A stretch of 60,795 nucleotides of DNA, filler included. It is 8 parts of 8 records of this genome, joined end to end, with 100 filler letters (N's around TTAATTAATTAA, not from the genome) between each part and the next. Parts side by side here need not be neighbours in the genome. Positions count along the whole stretch, not along the records: positions 49,623 to 60,795 come from SRR31147125_90075; 7 more parts are not named here. One strand, written 5' to 3'. Positions 55,156 to 60,795 of the stretch are shown piece after piece. How positions within the stretch are numbered: position 1 is the first letter of the stretch; every line of letters begins with the position of its first letter. A program made the translations under genes and the position numbers. Below the pieces are notes generated by a model. That model did not search any database and was not told where the DNA came from. It saw nothing but the letters and a program-made list of their open reading frames with translations.

Positions 55156-55655
55156 ATGAGTATCCCTTTGCCGCACACAGATGACGACATTACACATATC
55201 TATAATTGCCATGTTGATATGGTCTACCGCCTATGCTTCATGCTGCTGAAAAACGCGACGGAAGCGGAGGATGCGACCCAGACGGTTTTTATCAGGCTGA
55301 TGCAGTCCGACAAGGCCTTTGATAACGACGAGCACCTGAAGGCCTGGCTGATCGTCACGGCCCGGAATACGTGCCGGGACATTCTCAAAAGCTTTTGGCG
55401 TTCAAAGCGTGTGGAGCTTGACGACCTTGACAGCTGTCCCGATGGCGGCGACGTCAGTCAGGGTGATACTTGGGAGATGGTCGCAGCGCTGCCCGAGCCG
55501 TATAAGCTGCCGGTTTACCTGCATTATTACGAGGGGTATACGACGGCCGAGATCTCCAAAATGCTGCGCGTCAACCACGCCACAGTAAGGACACGCCTGC
55601 GCGCGGCCCGAAAAAACTGAAGCTATTGCTGGAGGAGGACCGCGACAATGACTAA
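55156..55655 (+). CDS. ECF RNA polymerase sigma factor (stops at 55620 as sequenced; natural end probably 55655)
   Basis: AEDATQTVF, KAWLIVTARN and YYEGYTTAEIS..TVRTRL; one extra A in the A6 run (55611-55616) gives RKKLKLLLEEDRDND* overlapping the next ATG. Confidence 0.9.
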
Positions 55656-56661
55656 GAAGGACTTAAACAGCTGCTTTGACCGTATGACGCCCAATCCCGC
55701 GCAAAAGCAGAAAATGCTCAGGGAAATTATTAGCGGCGAAAACGAAGAGCTTAAACCCTTGAAACGGTCGGCCAAACACCTGTATTTATTAGCCGCATTG
55801 GTTGCATTGGCTGTTCTAACGATGACGACCGCGCTGGCTATAGGCTTTGGCTGGGACGAGAAGCTGATTGAGTATCTCCATCCAAGTGAAGAGCAGATGA
55901 CGGCGCTTGACGGCGCGGCGGAAACACCCGACGCCACGATTACCAAAAACGGCGTTACCATAACAGTGAAGCAGACGCTGGCGGACAGCCTCTGCATCTA
56001 CGTCATCTATGAAATGACGGTACCCGATGATATTGAATTGACGGATGATATCCGCTGGGAGCACGATTTCCTTAACGTACCCATCGGGGAAACCGACGAT
56101 GATTATACAATGGGCACCTGGTCAACGGAAGTTCTGGACCAAACAGAGCATACAAGAACGGTGCTGCTTCATCAGCAGTTAACGGCGCCGTTTACAAACG
56201 GCTTAATTAAGCTTGACGCTATGAATTTGGGTTATTATAACTTCCCGGAAATCCCGCAGGAAGGAACGCCGGCGGAATTTATTACGCTTGTGGAAGGCGA
56301 CTGGCATCTTGAATGGGAATTCAGCTACGTTGATACCGGTAAAACAGTTGAAGTGTACCAACCTCTGAGCATCAACGGAAGCGAAAATACTATAACGAGG
56401 GTTGTCATCTCGCCGATGTCGGTATGCGTATTTGTAAAAGGTGACGATATTCTGGGAAGCGCGCGGCCTGTTGTAAATTTCAAAGACGGCCGCCAAATCG
56501 CTTACGATGCTAACAGCAAAGGCAAATCGTTCGGCTATTATCTTGTGGATGAGGAAAATATGCGCTACGCAAATCAGTTGTATTATCGCTTTGAGACGAT
56601 CATTGATTTGGGTGATGTTGAGAATGTTACAATCGGCGACGTGACGATCCCGATCGACTAG
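55648..56661 (+). CDS. Putative membrane anti-sigma factor (DUF4179-like)
   Basis: Short cytoplasmic N-terminus, one TM helix, NGVTITV..AD and GDW motifs; coupled to the ECF gene. Confidence 0.7.
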   Translation: MTKKDLNSCFDRMTPNPAQKQKMLREIISGENEELKPLKRSAKHLYLLAALVALAVLTMTTALAIGFGWDEKLIEYLHPSEEQMTALDGAAETPDATITKNGVTITVKQTLADSLCIYVIYEMTVPDDIELTDDIRWEHDFLNVPIGETDDDYTMGTWSTEVLDQTEHTRTVLLHQQLTAPFTNGLIKLDAMNLGYYNFPEIPQEGTPAEFITLVEGDWHLEWEFSYVDTGKTVEVYQPLSINGSENTITRVVISPMSVCVFVKGDDILGSARPVVNFKDGRQIAYDANSKGKSFGYYLVDEENMRYANQLYYRFETIIDLGDVENVTIGDVTIPID

Positions 56662-56675
56662 TTTAAAACAGATAT

Positions 56676-56706
56676 AAAACGAGACGGCTTTGAGCCGTCT
56701 CGTTTT
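56676..56706. terminator. Bidirectional terminator
   Basis: AAAACGAGACGGCT-TTG-AGCCGTCTCGTTTT between convergent genes. Confidence 0.85.
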
Positions 56707-56710
56707 GCCG

Positions 56711-58630
56711 CTATATATCCAGCGCTGCGAAGTGGCCGCGGAATACGGCCTGGGTCACCTGCGCGGGCCTCATACAGTCTCCAACCTCATAGACCTCCGG
56801 GGCGCTGTCCCGCAAGGCGTCGGCCACGCCGCGTTCCGCGCGCTGTCCGACGGCCAGGATGATTGTATCGGCTTCAATCATTACCTCGTTACCGTCCTTG
56901 TCTGTGCACATAAGGCCGTTATTATCAATACGCGTTCCGCGCAAGCCAGTCCGGAACTTGACGGTTTTTTCAAGCTCGGCGAGCAGCAGCGGCCTGTGCC
57001 GGCCGTTGGCGTCCGGACACAGCTCGTCCAGCATTTCCACAACCGTCACGTCATGGCCCTCGCGGGACAGATGCACCGCCGTTTCGCAGCCCACGAGCCC
57101 GCCGCCCAAAACGGCAACCTTTCGGCCTACCCTGTCTCTTTTTTGATACAGATCGTTGGCCAGGATCACATTGGTTCCGTCGATACCCGGAATCGGCGGG
57201 ACGACCGGCGCCGCGCCGATGGCTACCAGCAGCACGTCCGGGGCAATTTCGTCAGCAAACGCGGGCGTCACCTCGGTGTTCAGCCGGACCTCGACGCCGC
57301 TTGCCTCCAGCTGTCTCGCTTTCGTGGCTATAAACCCGTAAAGGTCTTCCTTAAAGGAGATACCCTCCTCGGATTTTAGGGCTCCGCCAAGCTCTCCGCT
57401 CTTTTCGCACAGGATAACCTTGTGCCCGCGCTCAGCCGCCGTCAGGGCGGCCTGCATGCCGCCAGGCCCGCCGCCCGCCACAAGCACCAGCTTGGCTTCC
57501 GTTGACGGAGACGCAAAGCTCAGTTCATATTCGCTCCCGATGACGGGGTTCAACGCACAGATGCGCAGGCCCGTTGTGAGCCGCTCAGCCATGCACGTAA
57601 AGCAGCGGCAGCAGCGGACAATCTGATCATCCCGGCCTGTCCAGGCCTTTTTCGGCAGATACGGGTCGGCCAGGAGCGCTCGCGCCATCTCGACAACGTC
57701 GGCTTTGCCGGACGAGATGATCTCGTCCATCATGGCCGGCTCGTTGAGCGCCCCGATTGTCGCCACCGGGATGCTTACGTGCTTTTTAACCTCGGCGGCA
57801 TAATGCACGTTGACGCCGCGCGGCATGAACATGGACGGGTGCGTCTTATCGAAGCTCCCGTGATGCGCCCCGGTCGACACCTGGATAAGATCGACGCGGC
57901 TTTGAAGGAGCTTACTAAACTCGATAATGTCCTCAAACGGATAACCGTTTTCCATGTATTCCTCGGCGCTGATGCGCACCTCCAGCGGGAAGTCCGGCCC
58001 GACGACAGACCGGACGGTGTCCAGCACCTCAAGCGCCAGCTGCGCCCGGTTTTGAAGGCTTCCGCCGTATCCGTCCGTTCGTTTGTTCGTGGCCGGGGAT
58101 AAAAACTGCTGGAGCAGCCAGCCGTGGCCGGCATGGATGAGAAACATCTCAAAGCCGGCGTCCTTGCACATTTTAGCCGCGAAGGCATAGTGGCCCAAAA
58201 GCTCTTTAATATCGTCCTTCGTCATGGCGCGCGCCGTCTGGACACCACCGTCAAAGTCGTCGCTCGGTCCGAGCGCCGGGCCGTCCGTCAGGGCGTACTT
58301 GCCCCCGTGGGATAGCTCAATGCTGGGCACCGCCCCGTGGCGCTTGATCGCCCGGGCCGCCATGGCCAGGCTGTCCTTGGCGTTTGGTGCGTCGAGCACG
58401 ACCTGGATGGGATAGTACTTGCCCATTTTCCCGTCGACAATGACCTCGCTGACGGTAACGGCTGCCGCGCCGCCCTTGGCGCGCAGCTCGTAAAATGCGA
58501 TGGCCTCCGGCGTCAGGCAGCCGTCCGATGTCAGGATCGGATATGTCATGGGCGCTGAAATGATGCGGTTTTTCAGCGTTATTCCGCCAACCTTCAAAGG
58601 TGAAAACAATGCCGGGAATTTTCTTTTCAA
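56711..58630 (-). CDS. NADH:flavin oxidoreductase (OYE-type barrel, 4Fe-4S, FAD/NAD domain)
   Basis: LKNRIISAP, HAGHGWLLQQF, NKRTDGYGGS, CCRCFTC..C and GGGPGG motifs. Confidence 0.92.
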   Translation of the reverse strand: MKRKFPALFSPLKVGGITLKNRIISAPMTYPILTSDGCLTPEAIAFYELRAKGGAAAVTVSEVIVDGKMGKYYPIQVVLDAPNAKDSLAMAARAIKRHGAVPSIELSHGGKYALTDGPALGPSDDFDGGVQTARAMTKDDIKELLGHYAFAAKMCKDAGFEMFLIHAGHGWLLQQFLSPATNKRTDGYGGSLQNRAQLALEVLDTVRSVVGPDFPLEVRISAEEYMENGYPFEDIIEFSKLLQSRVDLIQVSTGAHHGSFDKTHPSMFMPRGVNVHYAAEVKKHVSIPVATIGALNEPAMMDEIISSGKADVVEMARALLADPYLPKKAWTGRDDQIVRCCRCFTCMAERLTTGLRICALNPVIGSEYELSFASPSTEAKLVLVAGGGPGGMQAALTAAERGHKVILCEKSGELGGALKSEEGISFKEDLYGFIATKARQLEASGVEVRLNTEVTPAFADEIAPDVLLVAIGAAPVVPPIPGIDGTNVILANDLYQKRDRVGRKVAVLGGGLVGCETAVHLSREGHDVTVVEMLDELCPDANGRHRPLLLAELEKTVKFRTGLRGTRIDNNGLMCTDKDGNEVMIEADTIILAVGQRAERGVADALRDSAPEVYEVGDCMRPAQVTQAVFRGHFAALDI

Positions 58631-58794
58631 TGTACCTCACACTTCCTCATCGTCCGGGCGGCGTATTAGCCGCCCCTTTTTTTGGTATTATATCACAGCA
58701 GCATTAAAAGAGCCAGTAGAGCGCCGGTCTCAATAGTTGTCCTGTTCTTATGGTCAGGAATACGCTCACCCGCTCGTTACGATTCTTTTATAGC

Positions 58795-58917
58795 AAGATA
58801 ACTTTTTAACATCGCCGGACTTGTTAAGATTTAATCAAAGTACTAAAAACATGAACATATTACATTGACAGAAACACGTATATATAAGTATAATCATATC
58901 GATAATTATTTATCGAT
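58795..58917. promoter_or_regulatory. Three Rex-operator-like sites and a sigma-A promoter upstream of rex
   Basis: AAGATAA-4-TTAACAT (58795-58812), TTGTTAA-4-TAATCAA (58821-58838), ATCGATAA-4-TTATCGAT (58898-58917); TTGACA-18-TATAAT at 58865-58894. Confidence 0.65.
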
Positions 58918-58940
58918 TAAACCGGAAGGAGACAATAACT

Positions 58941-59588
58941 ATGACCGCTAAAAAAGAGTCGCCTCCCATTTCCGTGCAGACGCTCCGGCGCTTACCCCTC
59001 TATCTCAATCACCTGAAATCGCTCGACAGCGAAAAAATTAAGATTATTTCCTGCCCCGCTATTGCCAAGGCGCTGAATCTTAACGAGGTGCTGGTCCGAA
59101 AGGATCTGGCCTCCATTAAAAGCGGCGGCCGGCCGAGAACGGGTTACCTGCTTGAAAAGCTGATTACCGATCTGGAAACATATCTGGGCTACGGAAATGT
59201 CGACGAAGCTGTTTTAGTCGGCGTCGGCCATTTGGGCCGTGCTCTTCTTTCGTATAAAGGCTTTGAGACGTACGGACTCAATATTGTCGTTGGTTTTGAT
59301 GCAGACGACAAGGTCATCGGGACGGAGGTCGGCGGCAAAAAAATCCTGCCGATGGAGAAGCTGACAGGGTTGTGCAAACGAATGCACGTCAACATCGGTA
59401 TTATCACCGTACCGCCCGATAAGGCGCAGGCGGTCTGTGATCAGATGTTCTCTGCCGGCATTCAGGCCATATGGAACTTTGCGCCCGTCAAGCTCGTTGT
59501 CCCGGACGATATCCTCGTCCAAAACGAGAATATGGCTTCATCTCTGGCCGTTTTGTCCAAGCACTTGAAAAAGAAAATCAAAAAGTAA
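58941..59588 (+). CDS. rex: Redox-sensing repressor Rex
   Basis: RRLPLY, VRKDL, VGVGHLGRAL and AIWNFAP motifs. Confidence 0.95.
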   Translation: MTAKKESPPISVQTLRRLPLYLNHLKSLDSEKIKIISCPAIAKALNLNEVLVRKDLASIKSGGRPRTGYLLEKLITDLETYLGYGNVDEAVLVGVGHLGRALLSYKGFETYGLNIVVGFDADDKVIGTEVGGKKILPMEKLTGLCKRMHVNIGIITVPPDKAQAVCDQMFSAGIQAIWNFAPVKLVVPDDILVQNENMASSLAVLSKHLKKKIKK

Positions 59589-59619
59589 ATAACGCTTTAG
59601 CCATCAAGGAGGCTGTGCA

Positions 59620-60111
59620 ATGAGCAGCATCACAAAAAAATTCAGCCGTGCCTGCGAGATTCTGGACAAATATGAGCGCAATCCCAGCAAGCTCATTCCG
59701 ATTCTGCAGGACATGCAGGCCGAGTATGCGTATCTGCCTGAGGAGATTATGACATTTATCTCCGTCGCGCTGGGGATCTCCCCCGCCGCCGTTTACGGCG
59801 TGGCGACGTTTTACGCGCATTTCACCCTGGAGCCGAAGGGCCGCCACGTCATTAAGGTCTGTGACGGCACGGCCTGCCACGTCAAGAAGTCCGAGGGAAT
59901 TTTAAACGCGATCCGCCAGAGCCTGGACCTCACGCCCGAGCGCCAAACAACGGCGGATAAGCTGTTTACGCTTGAAACGGTCGCGTGTTTGGGTGCATGC
60001 GGCCTGGCGCCCGTCGTCGTCATCGACGACAAGGTACACGGGCTGATGACGCCGGAAAAAACACTGGAGCTCCTTGAGAGCCTCCGAAGGGAGGAAACGG
60101 CTAATGCCTGA
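59620..60111 (+). CDS. NuoE-like [2Fe-2S] subunit (HydC/HndA type)
   Basis: VATFY, VCDGTAC and ACLGACGLAP motifs. Confidence 0.92.
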   Translation: MSSITKKFSRACEILDKYERNPSKLIPILQDMQAEYAYLPEEIMTFISVALGISPAAVYGVATFYAHFTLEPKGRHVIKVCDGTACHVKKSEGILNAIRQSLDLTPERQTTADKLFTLETVACLGACGLAPVVVIDDKVHGLMTPEKTLELLESLRREETANA

Positions 60112-60795
60112 GCTGATGACGCTGGAAGAACGCAAAAAAATCTTCGACGATTGCCTGGCCCAGTATAAGGCCCGCATCGTCATCTGTGCCGGGACGGGGT
60201 GCGTGGCCAATGGCTCGCTGGACGTGTATGCCCGGTTTATAGAATACATACGGGAAAAGGGCTTGTCGGTGGCTGTAACGCTTAAAAAGGAAAAAGCCGA
60301 CACGCTCCTCTCCGAAAGCGGCTGTCAGGGCTTTTGCCAGATGGGGCCGCTTGTAACGCTTTATCCGCAAGGCGTTTTGTATACGAAGGTCCGGCCCGAG
60401 GATGTTCCGGAAATTGTTGAGGAAACGCTTCAGGCCGGCCGCCTCATTGAGCGGCTGATGATCCGCTCGGCCGACGACGATACACCCCTTGCGGATATGC
60501 AGCACATTCCTTTTTACGCGCGGCAGCAGCGGTCCGTTTTAAAGCTGTGCGGCAATATCGACGCGCAGGATATTGATGAATATATCGCAAACGGCGGTTA
60601 CGCCATGGCCCGCAAAGCCGTCACAGAGCTGGATGGCGGCGATATTTGCGACATAATGCTGAAGGCCGGACTGCGCGGGCGCGGCGGCGCGGGCTTCCCC
60701 ACCGGGCGCAAATGGGCCTTAACGCGCGTACATAAAAGCGATGTTAAATACGTCATCTGCAACGGCGACGAGGGCGACCCCGGCGCGTTTATGGA
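60104..60795 (+). CDS. NuoF-like flavoprotein subunit (HydB type), 3' truncated
   Basis: ATG at 60104; ICAGTGC..GCQGFCQMGP ferredoxin-like domain, GLRGRGGAGFPTG and CNGDEGDPGAFM. Not in the ORF track because it runs off the window. Confidence 0.93.
   Translation, partial: MPELMTLEERKKIFDDCLAQYKARIVICAGTGCVANGSLDVYARFIEYIREKGLSVAVTLKKEKADTLLSESGCQGFCQMGPLVTLYPQGVLYTKVRPEDVPEIVEETLQAGRLIERLMIRSADDDTPLADMQHIPFYARQQRSVLKLCGNIDAQDIDEYIANGGYAMARKAVTELDGGDICDIMLKAGLRGRGGAGFPTGRKWALTRVHKSDVKYVICNGDEGDPGAFM

Noticed and set aside
49690..58558. Many long antisense or alternate-frame ORFs over tex, the helicase and the oxidoreductase
   Set aside because: They are shadow ORFs from GC-rich codon bias, with no recognisable motifs.
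1..60795. CRISPR arrays, tRNA/rRNA genes, transposases, prophage or defence systems
   Set aside because: None was recognised by eye in any segment.

Overview
This window is not one locus. It is eight unrelated contigs joined by 100-nt artificial spacers (N44-TTAATTAATTAA-N44). (1) 1-8733, spirochaete-like housekeeping genes: parB, a cyclophilin-FKBP fusion, radA, TraB, LysO, fprA, yigZ, EamA. (2) 8834-15673, a GC-rich accessory patchwork: DUF3089, GST, GFA, sugar epimerase and dehydrogenase, DUF1643, VOC, GGDEF and orphan gene fragments. (3) 15774-21225, a giant secreted lamin-tail/CotH-kinase protein, Planctomycetota-like. (4) 21326-26424, a beta-helix lipoprotein followed by a TtpB/TtpC-type TonB system. 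(5) 26525-31942, a compact, intron-rich EUKARYOTIC contig: calcineurin A, NEP1/EMG1, a HEAT-like orphan and TMEM53. (6) 32043-42776, a LamG/glycosidase-like gene and a co-oriented run containing a TMEM260/DUF2723-type GT-C, a flippase-like protein and a polyprenol-phosphate-mannose synthase. (7) 42877-49522, SDR, PEP-CTERM, MFS and aceE. (8) 49623-60795, clostridial: tex, TPP riboswitch-thiT, SASP, SUV3-like helicase, ECF/anti-sigma pair, flavin oxidoreductase and rex-hydC-hydB. The best candidate for an under-described system is the putative bacterial protein O-mannosylation cluster in contig 6. The protist contig is the most unusual DNA. Six frameshifts are all repaired by adding one base to a homopolymer run and are probably sequencing errors. 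Family and taxon calls come from motif recognition only; no database search was run.
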